Counted from the first letter of the whole stretch, positions 36,740-49,276 are shown. The stretch is 63,855 bases of DNA, filler included, from Octopus bimaculoides (GCF_001194135.2; 6 parts of 5 records of this genome joined end to end with filler, not necessarily neighbours in it); one strand, 5' to 3'. The notes: generated by a model not told the origin, from the sequence alone. Made by a program: numbers and translations.

Positions 36740-39610
36740 ATTTGTCTTTGGATGAATCATATTGACATTTATGAGTCTTTGTTGAACAAGGAAGATTTTG
36801 ATGATGAAAGTGACGAAAATGATATTGAAAACATTATGGCAACATGGTTGAAGATTACTACATCAACCACAATTCCTGATTTCACAATTTCACAGTGCTC
36901 AACCACTGGACTATTTATTTCTATTTTTACTGAAAAGTGTTTTTGAAACTGTAGCAGAGAAAACAAATCTGCTCAACACATAATTTCTAATCATGGAAGA
37001 CCTGATCCACTATGGCAGTCAACTGATACTGTGGAAATGAGAGAAAGTTGCTTATTAATTGGATATGTAACAGTTACCAGAAGTACTAAAAGAAAGGAAT
37101 TATTAAAGGGTTGACCATCCGGAAATATTTTTATAAATTCATGTTCTAAGAAATTTATGAAAATTTTGATTTCTCAAGTTTATTGAATTTTTTAAACTTC
37201 AGTTTCTCACAAATTTAAATTCAATGCATCCAATTCTTCAAAGATTTAAATATTCATTGCATACACTGCAAAGTATTCCATTTTCATTTGTAAAGTCTCT
37301 TACTTTCTCTTTTAAGTTTTAATTTGCTATTTGGAAAACCAATAGTTTATTCTATTAATGTATACGTAGTGTAAAAACATTATTTATTGAATGAAAATTT
37401 TTTTAAATACCAGTATAATTTTTTAACATGGGATAGCTGTGAGAAGAGCCTAGAAAGTTGGGTACTTACTATTAGAAGATGAGAAAAAAAAGTTACTGAC
37501 AAGTACTCAAAAGTTGCACCATACTCAGTTTCCAAACATTCTATGCCAGTAAGCCAATATATACACAAACAAGTTGCATGAGTGACTTCAACAGTGACGC
37601 ACACTCGCACACACACACACACACAGATACACATACAAACAAATAGAAGGCAATGAATGTGTGTGAGTTTTGTCAGTGAACAGGTAGCGGTTTCAAAGTG
37701 ATGAAAATATTTTGACAAAAATGAAATTTTTATGTTGAAGTGAAACTGGTAATACTTAAATAGAGAGGTCCCTTAATGGTACTACTTAAATACAAAGGTA
37801 CTATCTAAATACAGGTGTTATGTACAAAACATTTTAAATGTACGGTGTGGATGTGTAATGACGCCCTAACCCTAACTAACCCTAAAAACTAGCCCTCCTC
37901 TTCATATCATTACGTAGATGCATCGGGACCTCTGTATTTAAGTAGTGCCAAGAACTAACAGTTTTTGTGCATTCTTGAATGACTTACACACATCTATGCT
38001 GCAATTACTTTTGTTTCAGCACATGATCTCAGATCAAGTCATTTGCTATGCAAGTATGTCCTAATTTTTAAAAAATCAGTGGATAAATGCCAGCAATGAC
38101 CTTCTTAGGCTCTCCAATATTTTCATTTCTAAACAGAGACAAACTGGAGCAGGGAGTGGGGTTGCAAAAATTTCATAATTTCTTCAAATTTTCTTTTTTA
38201 TAGCATATAAATGTATTTATGGGTAAAAAATATTGAAAAACATCAATACATGCGAGAGTAATAAAGAAATGAGGAGGGTTGTCTTTGGATGTGCTAGAAA
38301 GAACAGCCAAATAGCTCTTAAATCACTTACTTTCCCTTCTGAAAATATTAACTTCTTTTTTTTTTTTTACCAAAAACACTCTTCCCATGATTTTGAAGTG
38401 CAAAAAAAGATTGGCCAAAATAGGTTGAGTGGGATGATGAGGGAGCGGGGGTGTAAAAAAGAGTTTTCAAAACTTTTCTTTATAATTGTAATCTACGCTG
38501 TTTGAAAGGGATTTGCATCAATTTTCATTGAAAGATACCCATCTTCCTGAAAGTATAACTTTCAGGGAAAAGGGTCAGATTCTGTGAATTTTCCAAAACT
38601 CCTCTCTCCACCCCATCGCAAAAATTCTTTCCCATAAATCCCTATATACTCTGGAGCCACAACATTTAAGTGGTATTTGTAGAAACATTTTGTTAAAAAG
38701 TATCTGTTTTTCTGGATATCATGAGGCAACAAAGTCGGTGGGGTGTATATATCTGTAGTAATGCCTTTTATTTATACAATTTTTTCATTTCATGTTTATT
38801 CCATTCATTGTTTGCAATGTTCTCTCTCCCCTTCTCTCTCTCTCTCTCTCACATACTACAAAGCTTACACATGGGCTGCTGAATTGAAATCTCTATGTTG
38901 CTTTGAGGGGAAGGTAAAACTCAACAAACTGCTTCTCCTTCTGTTGTTGGACTACAATGATGTTTGTTTAAAAAAGAGAGATTATGACTGTGATAACATA
39001 ATGAAAGCAATATTTACTAAGCAAGTGAGCACTATCATACAAAGAAATAATTAGACGTAAAATATAAAAATTATTAGAATTGGGCATCAAATGAAAATAT
39101 TATCAAGGAGCTAGCAGAAAAATGCCCAGAGTGCATCTTTCTGCTAGTTTTTTACTATAAACATTATGTTTGGTATCAAACAGCTTCCTCAACTGTGGAA
39201 CTACTGGAATCCTGATATAAGGTATGGTGATCTATATATCTCCAGCATTATGTCGAACTATGGTTAATTCATATATTGTTTATGTAAAAAGCTACAAGGT
39301 ACCTCTGCCACCAAAGGACTACAACCATTTGAAATTTTGGGTTGACATCACATTTCAACTACATGAGGACTTTACTTCCAGAAAGCACAGAACTGGGAGA
39401 AAAGCAACTTTAACTGAGGTGGATGTCAACAGAGAAAATACTGGTTTCCATAAAGTGGAAAAAATAAATGGAAGGAAAAAAGTTTGCTGACTGTATTTGC
39501 TGCAAAAAAGAAAAACTGTGAAAGGATATCAGGTCAAGACTTCATATATGTGTTCATTTAGCAAAGTGCCATTGTGTAAAGGATGCTTTGGACAGTTTCA
39601 CAACAGAGAT
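36740..39610 (+). mobile_element. piggyBac transposase relic, interrupted by about 2 kb of inserted sequence and internally deleted
   Basis: Acidic N-terminus and W.STD..EM (about 37010-37050), then FGIKQLPQLWNYWNPDIRYGDLYISSIMS (39170-39255), MVNSYIVY, and a C-terminal Cys-rich domain TSYMCSFSKVPLCKGCFGQFH (39535-39605). Confidence 0.8.
37748..37949. mobile_element. 202-bp MITE with 25-bp GG-terminal TIRs and an internal CCCTAA tract
   Basis: Left ggtaatacttaaatagagaggtccc versus right reverse complement ggcactacttaaatacagaggtccc (3 mismatches). A subterminal copy lies at about 37778, and ccctaaccctaactaaccctaa at 37864-37885. Confidence 0.8.
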
Positions 39611-40603
39611 ATGGCATAACTAAACTTTGTTTCATAGTAATACTATCATATATTCCTTTCATTTTATTACAAATAATACGTGAAAGTGAGAAATACATAT
39701 TAATTTTCAGTATGTTACACACCTGTATTCACCTTTACCCCATTTGATGAGATTTTTTTATTAGATGTATTCTGCTATTAAATTGTATAAGAGTACATAG
39801 CTAATGGTATATTGACTAGTAAAAGATTTTTGTACTTTATTTTCTATGAAAACGTTTGAATGAAATGTAAAGAATTAAATCTGGGACCGATTATACCTGT
39901 ATTTTAATTAATTCAAATTAATGTACCTCATCTTGAAAAGTGGCAAAATTGTTGGTGGTTGATATCTGGGATAATTTTAGTAACAAAACAAACAGGTAAG
40001 ATGCATTAAGAATTTCAATTTTAATGTTTGTCCATAATGTTATTGTTTTTGTCTGTTAATTACCTACCCATAAAAGTTAAATTTAATCAGCAAGATCAGC
40101 TAAAATTACATAACTATAATCCACTGGTATATAAGCACCCACTGACAAAATTTTAAATCTGTATGTAAAAAATTAAAAGTAACAAGCAAATATTGTGGAC
40201 ACCCCTCTTGAACCTGAATAGTTCAAAATAACGTGAACAAATGAGCATTACATTTGACATGTTAATCTGAAAAATAAAGGTTAAGGGGCTAATGAGGCCT
40301 TCTGTAGCATTAAGCAGATGCAACAGGCCTCTTATTTGGGTAAAACACTATCCCATAGCAAGAACTTCCTTCAGCTATTTAAAGTGTTTATCAAACAAGC
40401 ATGACAAAATACTTGTGAGATTTGAAATCAAAACAAGAGACAGATATCTGTTATCCTTTTACATATCTAAATTAAAGCAGAAAAGCAGAGTTATTTATTA
40501 ATATGAAATAGATACAGCATTTTTTAAATATAAAAATCTAAATATATAGTATCAAGTACCTAACACGAGCACGGTAAACTAAAGAAAAAAAGAAAACAAT
40601 ATA

Positions 40604-41354
40604 CCATATATACTTGTGTAAAAGTTTTATTTTTTCGACCATTTTTTCAAGTCAAATTTATGGGGTTGACTATTACATGGATACTACTTTTGAGGGGCTG
40701 AAATTCAAGCTAGAATCTGAAGTACCGTATCAGCAGCAGAAGCCCAACTAATCTCTAAGCAAATTAAAACAAAAACACAATGAGTTACAGTAATGTTACC
40801 AATTCTATGCATCAAAACACATGTCCTAGTAAAATATAAAGGTCTAGTGATTAATTGAATGTTTTTAGGCTTACCAAAATCATGTCTTTGTACGAATTCA
40901 GACAGTGGCGTTTGCCAGTGTTCGCCAATAGTGCTGTCTGGGAAACACGTTTCTTACCATGTAAACATCGAGTGTATGACGCATATGTTTATTGTGCTTG
41001 AAGATGTAAGCAGGCTTGCAGCATATCCTGTGCATACATTTTAGAAATGATGATGTAGCACCCATCAACAGATGTGGAAGGCTCGCTATTAAATGATGTT
41101 TTACTATAAGCACCGAGCATTACATTATAAGCACCAAGCATTCCACCTATAAAGCAGGCTACAGTAAAGTAGCCACACAATTTTGTAACCATGTTATTTC
41201 TACATACAGGATAATAACCACAAATGTTGTCCAGTTGTTCATGAAATACTAGGGTCAACTTTTACATGGGGTTCTATAGAAAATGCCCAATTTTTTAACC
41301 AAAAATAGGGGATTGACTTTTACATGAGATCAACTATAACTCCAGTATATATGG
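40604..41354. mobile_element. Non-autonomous pogo/Tc2-like element (MITE), decayed TIRs
   Basis: ta|ccatatatacttgtgta at the left and tccagtatatatgg at the right, with subterminal gg(g)ttgac.tttacatg repeats. Confidence 0.65.
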
Positions 41355-41416
41355 TGATTTTTTTGAAGATTACAAAACATTTGAAATCTATTTCAAGTCC
41401 CTACCACTACCACCAT

Positions 41417-41602
41417 CTGTAAATAAAAGATACTGTGGTTTAGTGATTCAAGTTAAATACTTAAGGTCTCTGGAGCAAAACATAGATGAAATGAAAATAT
41501 CTCATAATTCTTTGAGTCACTAGGGTACTAGAGAAGAATTTGTCTTTAAGAAATCTCACCTTTCTTAGTTTTTATCTATGGTCAACTTCACAAGCATGAA
41601 AT
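41417..41602 (-). other. Candidate 43-nt exon (41560-41602) plus 143-nt intron (41417-41559), non-coding in all frames
   Basis: tatatttaattcag|ATTTC...AGAAAG|gtgaga ... cactaaac(branch-like)cacagtatcttttatttacag|ATGG. The 43-nt piece has stops in all three frames. Confidence 0.3.
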
Positions 41603-41999
41603 CTGAATTAAATATATAATCACACAAACTAGGAATTTCTTTTAAAATCAGTTATGCCCTCACCCAGTAGGGAACTCTATAGCATTCTCATTTTGAGATG
41701 ATTAGCTAAATCAAGCTAGCTGAAAAATAGACATTCTTATTCAATAAAAAAATGTATCAGTTACAAACAATTATTCTTGAAAATACATTCAAGGACCAAA
41801 CACGTAAATTAACAATGAAAAGTAATCTTTTAGAAGTCAAGGTGGAAACACCTTTATTCAGACAAGTAAATGGAAAATACTGGTGCATATCTAAATTCTG
41901 GTATTCATTCTTCAAACAAATCCTACGGAAAAGTCCACAAGGCACAGGCAGATATTCTTTTCTATGTTTCAGCCGTAAGGTGGTGGCCATGCTGGAGAA

Positions 42000-42755
42000 C
42001 TGCCAGCGTAATCACCTTTTCAATGGCCAATCTTATGTGATTGGCTTTTGGTGAAGGAAGGAGTTCAATATTGCTGCCTTCTTTTAGTTTCCTGCCTTAA
42101 TGGTTAATCTGGGAACTTGGATAACAAGAGATCAAGTAGTTTCTTGAAAACATCTATCCCCACACCATGAAGATCACTCAGATATTTTGGCAAGGCATGA
42201 AATAGCTGTGGGTCCTTGAATCCCAAACTATTGCAGTATATGGTCCTCACTCTTGATGGGACAGCTGAGACCTTTGGAACATTGCAGTGACATCCAATTT
42301 GCGGTCTGGTATAGTTCTCGATTCCAAAGTTTGGTGCCAGCACCTCCAGTATCTTCCACACACATATCACTTGCATACCTCTCCCATCTTTGCTCCAGGG
42401 AGTAGAGTCGTAGCTCTTTCAGCCTCTCCCAGTAACTCAGCTGTTCCACTGATGCAATCTTTCCTGTAACATTGCTGAACCACCTCAAGTTCCAATATTA
42501 ATCTGACACTGTAAGGTAACCACAGTTGAGAGCAAGTAGTCCAGATGGCTATGGACAAATGTCCTCCATAGGACCAGCATAGTTCTCTGGTCCCTTGTTC
42601 TGAAAGTTCTCAGAAATAATATAAAGTTTTTGTTTCCTCCATATCTAAAACTGCTGCAGTTTATTATACTTAACAATGGTAACAGGTCACTAATTGGTAA
42701 AAGCAAGATGACTTCAAAATGGCTTGCATCACTTCTACTAAATAAACAAAGCATT
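42000..42755 (-). mobile_element. CR1/L2-group LINE, 3' part of ORF2 (post-RT domain)
   Basis: Encodes RTMLVLWRTFVHSHLDY, LSYWERLKELRLYSLEQRWERY, ICVWKILEVLAPNFGI and FHALPKYLSDL...FKKLLDLLLSKFPD across frameshifts. Confidence 0.82.
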
Positions 42756-43625
42756 TTTGAGTCCTAGAGGAAGGAAATGCAATATTGGATATTAACAATG
42801 AGCTTAAAAAGATGAGTCACCTAGAAGGGAAAGCTAGAGAGACTGTCAGAAATGGACATTGCCACTTCAAATTCTGAGGGAATTGCAATAACTATCAGAA
42901 ACTGAAAGCACTTATTTTATGAGGATTCAAACCAGTGTTTATAGTATATGATTTGTTTGAATATAAATGGCTGAAGAGTGACAAATTCCTTTGGCTGACG
43001 AGTGACAAATTCATCCAGTTTGATCATATTGTTGCAATGTTTTGAGACCACAAAATAATTTTACTAAAACCTGCATAGAGGGCAGTGAAAATGCTAATCT
43101 GTGACTACAAAATGAGCAATTAGTGAAAGCAATGGTGGGTGAACTAACTCTTTCTGTTACATCAAAACAGCTTTAAAAAAAGAAGTTATGCATGAGCATA
43201 CATCTACTACTTCATCAGAATGCAAAACTTCACTAAAAGTAAAAAGAAAAAAAAAAGACTTGGATGTTACTTATAAAGAAAGCATGCATGAAAGCAGACT
43301 GGGAACTTCATATGAAGTTATAGTAGCAAGTCATGAAAACTTCCTCTCTATTTTCAAACTGTTGAAATAGTGACAAACGAGGTAGAAAGGGATAAAGAAT
43401 TCCTGACAACAATGATGATAACAGCTCCAAGTGTTACGTTTGTAACTGTGTTTTCTACTGAATTGTCCACACGCAGGTAACATTATAAGTGCCTATGACA
43501 TTCAAACAGGTGATACATAATATCAATTAAAGAAGACAAAAGATGGTCCAATGTGTTTAGGTGATACAGTGGGTTCTGTAGTCCTGGATACAGTGGTGCT
43601 TCTGGAACTGTTTGTGGTACAATGT

Positions 43626-43671
<46 letters not shown>

Positions 43672-43959
43672 NNNNNNNNNNNNNNNNNNNNNNNNNNNNN
43701 NNNNNNNNNNNNNNNNNNNNNNNNNNNNNNNNNNNNNNNNNNNNNNNNNNNNNNNNNNNNNNNNNNNNNNNNNNNNNNNNNNNNNNNNNNNNNNNNNNNN
43801 NNNNNNNNNNNNNNNNNNNNNNNNNNNNNNNNNNNNNNNNNNNNNNNNNNNNNNNNNNNNNNNNNNNNNNNNNNNNNNNNNNNNNNNNNNNNNNNNNNNN
43901 NNNNNNNNNNNNNNNNNNNNNNNNNNNNNNNNNNNNNNNNNNNNNNNNNNNNNNNNNNN

Positions 43960-44000
<41 letters not shown>

Positions 44001-44037
44001 TATGCATGTGTGTGTCTTTGTCTGTTGGTGCCCCCAT

Positions 44038-44182
44038 AACTTAATGGTTCAGCAAAAGAGATCAATAGAATAAGTACAAGGCTTAAAAAAAGAAGTACTG
44101 GGATCGATTCATTCAACTAAAAATGCAAAGTGGTACCTCAGCATGGCCACAGTCAAATGACTGAAACAAGTAGAAGCTAAAA
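44038..44182 (+). mobile_element. 3' part of an OK-like SINE
   Basis: taatggttcagcaaaagag..atagaataagtac...ctcagcatggccacagtcaaatgactgaaacaagt continues the 12770-12820 sequence type. Confidence 0.75.
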
Positions 44183-44188
44183 GATATA

Positions 44189-44470
44189 TATCATCATCAT
44201 CTAACATCTGTTGTCCATGCTAGCATGGGTGGGACAGTTTGACCGGGCTGGCAAGCTGGAAGGCTACACCAGACTCCAGTCTGATTTGGCATGGTTTCTA
44301 TGGTTGGATGCCCTTCCTTATGCCAACCACTCTGAGAATGTAACAGATGCTTTTACGTTACACCAACACAGGTGCCAATTGTGCGACATCAGTATCTGCC
44401 ACAACTGCGATTTTGCTAGGCTTGATGGGTCTTCTTCTCAAACGTGACATAATGCCAAAGGTCTTGGTCA
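44189..44470 (-). mobile_element. RTE-associated non-autonomous retroelement with (GAT)n tail
   Basis: The reverse complement contains gagaagaagacccatcaagcc...cgtaaaagcatc...gagtggttggcataaggaagggcatccaacc...ccatgctagcatgg...gatgatgatgat and shares motifs with 45910-46580. Confidence 0.7.
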
Positions 44471-44479
44471 TTGTCTCCA

Positions 44480-44676
44480 TGAAACCCAACACTCAAAAGG
44501 AGCTCAGCCACTTTGCCTCCGTGGGGCCCAACACCCAAAAGGAATTCACCGCCATGAGACCCAATGCTCGAAAGGAACTCAGCTACTTTACCTCTATGAG
44601 GTCTAATGCTCGAAAGGAACTCAGCCACTTGGCCTCTGTGAGGCCCAACACTCGAAAGGAACTGAGCCACTTTGCC
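44480..44676. repeat. 42-bp tandem repeat, about 5 copies (one shortened)
   Basis: Unit is approximately cccaacactcgaaaggaactcagccactttgcctccgtgagg. It gives the 14-aa periodicity RPNTRKELSHFASV. Confidence 0.88.
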
Positions 44677-45909
44677 TGCTCTAAATCTTTTGTTTTAAAC
44701 TGTTCAGTTTATGTACTGCATGCATAAACTCTTAGGGTAAATGTGAACTAACAATGTAACTTCTACAGAAATTCTTTGACCACTGAACTAAGTATAATAA
44801 CAAGGTTTTAAAATTTTAAGCTTTTAGCATTCAGATTACTCTGCCAAATGTTTTGAATTAACCATGGAGTCTGGACAGCTCCTGTCAATCCGTCCAACCC
44901 ACACCAGTACAGAAAATAGATGTTAAACAATGATGATAATGACAATATATATATTAACATTACCAGATCAAGTAACACAGAGAAGAAAAAAAATCAAGAT
45001 TCAAGAGAAACAAAAGAAAAAAGTAAATTTAACAATTATACTGAAGATTCGTTAGGCTCTGATGTGAACCTAAGAATCTTAAACCTTTCATTACTATATT
45101 TCTAACCAAAATACACCCCTTATGTGTCAATTAAATTCTAAAAAATCATGAATTTAGATTGGTTTCATTAAAACTTTTTTATTTATCAACGCATTAATGT
45201 GATTTTTGAACACAATTTGAGAAAGGGTTCTTAAGCAAAGCTGTTTCATAAATTTTGTCTGAAAGTAAATCTAATTACATGCAAGTTCAACAAAATGCAT
45301 TATTTAAATTTTGCTTATACATCAGCATAGAAGATGAGTTGTTAGCCAACATTCAATGAGTTGACAACAAAATGTTAATATAGAAGAATTATGCAAATTA
45401 TTAAATTATTTATCGGTTGAACAACTGGAATTTGTTTATGGAGAAAACTAGGAAATGAAATACATGCCTAAATGAAATAAACTCACTTGCATACATAAAT
45501 ACAGAGAAACACATAATAATGATTCACAATCCAAATTAATCATAATCTGTCACAGGTAAATTAAAACTGCAGGTAAATAAAAATTAAAAACAAGGTAAAT
45601 TTGAAAAAGAATATTTATAAATCAAATTTATACACACACCACAATATTCCTAAAAATGATCAAATTTTTCAACTTCTTCCAAGTATGTGGGAAAACTCAA
45701 ATTATTTTTTTTCCCTCTTTGTTTATGTTCTGTGTAACAATCTGTTTCTGCAGTAAATGCATCAAAGGAAAAAGTTTAAAAAAAAAAAATCTAATGGTTT
45801 TGTTTCCTTGGAAAGACTGTGGCTAGGTCTAATATCTTCCTAAAAATAAGAAAAACAATTTTTGAATTCTTACTATATTCAGGTACAAATTCACTTATTT
45901 AATAATCAC

Positions 45910-46922
45910 AAACTCTGCCAAATGCTGTGCGTGAGAAGACCCGGCAAGCCAAGTGAGACCTAAATTTAAGGCCTCAGCCAGTCCACTTCCTTCACTGGAC
46001 ACTAAACTCCACTTGCGAAGACCTGTTGAGACAAGCGAAATTGAAATCGAGTTAAATTGGACACTAAACTCCACTTGCGAAAACCTGTTGAGGCAAGTGA
46101 AATTCAAAATCGAGTTAAATTCGACGACTGGCACCCATGCCAACGTCGTCTCAAGTGAAATCGAAATCGAGTAAAATTGGACACTCAACTCCACTTACGA
46201 AGACCTGTTGAGGCAAGTGAAATTGAAATCGAGTTAAATTCTACGACTGGCACCCATGCCAACGTCGTCTCCTTCATTGGACACGAAACTCAGCTTGCGA
46301 AAACTTATTGGGGCAAGCGAAATCGTGATGGCACCTGTGCCCAGCATAGCCTTTCCGGCACTTGTGCCCGCGGCATGTGTAAGGACTTTCGAGAGAGATC
46401 GTTGCCAGTGCCCCTGGACTGGCTCTTGTGCAGGTAGCACATAAGATGCACCATTTTGAGTGTGGCCGTTGCCAGTACCGCCTGACTGGCCTTCATGCCA
46501 GTGGCACGTAAAGGCACCCACTGCACTCCTCTGAGTGGTTGGCGTTGGGAGGGGCATCCAGCTGTAGAAACTCTGCCAATTGGAAATATGCTGTGCGTGA
46601 GAAGACCCAGCAAGCCAAGTGAGACCTAAGTCTTAGGCCTCAGCCAGTCCACTTATGCGTAACTTCCTTCATTGGACACTAAACTACACTTGCGAAAACC
46701 TGTTGAGGCAAGTGAAATCAAAATCGAGTTAAATTCGACGACTGGCACCCATGCCAACGTCGTCTCCTTCATTGCACACGTAACTCAGCTTGCGAAGACT
46801 TGTTGGGGCAAGCGAAAGCGAAATCGTGATGGCACTTGTGCCCAGCATCGCCTTTCTGGCACTTGTGCCCGCGGCATGTGTAAGGACTTTCGAGAAATCG
46901 TTGCCAGTGCCCCTGGACTGGC
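45910..46922 (+). mobile_element. Head-to-tail tandem (one complete plus one truncated unit) of an RTE-like 5'UTR-type element with internal subrepeats
   Basis: atgctgtgcgtgagaagaccc.gcaagccaagtgagacc occurs at 45922 and 46588. aaactctgccaa occurs at 45910 and 46568 (658-bp period). Internal repeats are ggacactaaactccacttgcgaagacctgttgaggcaagtgaaat. Confidence 0.8.
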
Positions 46923-49238
46923 AAGAATTGTCTGTTTCGCAAGTTATTTTTGTATTTCCAATATTGACTTCTAATAATACCAATAAAAATTTTCTACTAA
47001 AAACACATGCTTCTACCATGTCAACCATTGCCAAATTTCTGCAGTTCTAATGCATTTAGGTTGCTAAGCAGTGGGCATGTCATTACTGTTGTCACCAATC
47101 AAAACATTAAAACAGCCAACTTATATTAAGTAACTAGCTTAAAAGTTACACTCCATGCGGATTTCTAGCTCATGCAGAGGGCTAATTGGGCCTGCAGCCC
47201 AAAACTAAAGTGAGCTAAATAGCATGACTATATGTCTATAATGACTATATGCCCAGGTGGTGTTTGATCAGGGGTTAAGGATGGATAAGAATTAAAATTC
47301 TGCAATGCAATCATTCTATTGTTCCAGTCCCAAGTTGAATTCCAACTGTTGGCCAATTTGTCCCAAAGTTTCTATCTCAATGTAAAATTAACAAAGTGAA
47401 TGTCATTTATGTCCCACCTCAATCTCTGACATCATCTGACAATACCACCAAGATGGCATGAATCAGTCAAACTTTACTTACAAGAAAAGACAACCCAAAT
47501 GCTTTTAAATCAGATCCCAATGCTGAATGTTCAAGAACCAAATGAAGGACAGTTTTTCAATTCCTGGATCATCCTGATTCCAAAAAAGGTCTATGTAGAG
47601 CAAATGTAGGCTGAGATACAGGGGTCCCAGACAGACAGACAGAATTTTGCTTTTATTATTATAGCTCTATCTGTGAAGTATTTAGAATATCTGACTACAA
47701 AAACTAAACTATTCTCAATCAAGAAATTTATTACTGGTAATCAACATTCATTTCTATAAAAATTGAAAAAATAATAAATAAAATACTAAAGGATTGAAAG
47801 AAAACTAACAACTAGTTCATCTTTAATGAAATAAGAAGACGTTCATCTGACGAGGCAATACATTGCTTATACATTAAGCTAGAAGCCTAGTTTGCTTGGC
47901 TGTTGTGATTTTTATTTCTATGAGAATGGGAAGAGTGATTTACATGATGAAATGCATCTAATATCGTATAGAGTTGTGATTTTAAAATTAATCTTATTTC
48001 AAGTAATCTTTTTTTTTTTTTTCAAATAGTGTTTGAAAGTAAACTGGAACTGCAATTCCCTAGTTAGTGAACTAGAAATATAAAAATAGGTATTACAAAA
48101 AAAGCTTAAAAACTGGCGAATAATGACTAAATCTTTCATTAAAATAACTACTGCATGATATGAAACAGTCTTTTGTGCCAAAGATTTGGGGATAAAAATG
48201 CACAATGACTTTTGTATAACTTTCAATTTAAAATAGAATCTTTTTTTTTTTTTTTTTTTTTTTTTTGTTAGAATATCACATCAGAAAACACCAAGCATCT
48301 TTGTAGAAACTATATCTGAGGCATGAGTAAATCAGAAAGGTAGTCTTAAATCTATATATATATAAGCAACAATCAATTGACACCCAGCAAATGCAAAGAA
48401 AAATTCCTGTACTATTAAAATTACAGAAAAAAAAAAATGTCTACTCTAAAGTTTCTTAAATATAAATATGTTCAAAGTGATATACTTGTAATGGCCAAGC
48501 TGAGATACTTCTTAAATAAAGATTTATATTTGTTTAATTAGGCAGTCAACCTCAATGAATTTATAGTTTAATAACATGATCACAAAGAGATTGCATCTAA
48601 ACACAGAATATTGAAAAGATTAAATACTATGGTGCATTCAGTTTACTGCTTTGTTATTTCAGTCAACTAGTTGTCCTAAATACTTTTGAGGTTATATCAA
48701 CAATCCTCTTTTTTTTTAAACACTTTACTAGACTGGGAAAAACAGATTACAGAGTAAGTCTATATAACAGGGTAGCTAATGGGGAAAATATGGGTGAAGA
48801 AGGAAAGATTGATCAAAGTATTTGATATGAAATTTGAAAAGTAAGACATAATAGGTGACAAGGACAAAAAAGAAAAGTTTAAGTAAATTTTTTTCACAGT
48901 GACAAAACTGACAAATACTGTGTAGTATGAGAGACAATTAAAGATGAAAGCTAAATGATGAACCAGCAGTTGTAAAATGTTAATGATTACACAACAGTAA
49001 TTCAGAGTGTTCAACAGCTTTAGCAGCAACAAAAATATGAAAACGAAGGAAATGCTAACTTGACACCAACACTTTATTTTAGAGATTAACAAACTTATCC
49101 AGCATGCCATTTTAAAAATCAGCATGCCTTTTTTTAAAAAAATTGTCATAGAAATCAAATTAACAAAATATTGTGTACAATGACTAGTACATTTCCCACT
49201 AAAGATGAATAAAACAATACCATATGTGAATAGGAATG

Positions 49239-49276
<38 letters not shown>

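Noticed and set aside
44347-44727. 126-aa ORF with 14-aa repeats
   Set aside because: It is a by-product of the 42-bp DNA repeat inside a retroelement, with no splice or domain support.
45990-46320. CRISPR-like appearance of repeated 40-55-bp blocks
   Set aside because: The repeats are contiguous and variable, with no unique spacers and no cas genes, in a eukaryotic context.
47482-47522. Putative exon LGSDLKAFGLSFL, faintly like a CNOT2 motif
   Set aside because: The similarity is a few residues only, no neighbouring exons are seen, and the segment lies in what looks like a dispersed repeat ending in GACA repeats.
47847-47870. CTGACGA followed by a hairpin (possible hammerhead)
   Set aside because: There is no GAAA after stem II and no stem I/III. 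The CTGAAGA sites at about 53331 and 62515 fail likewise.
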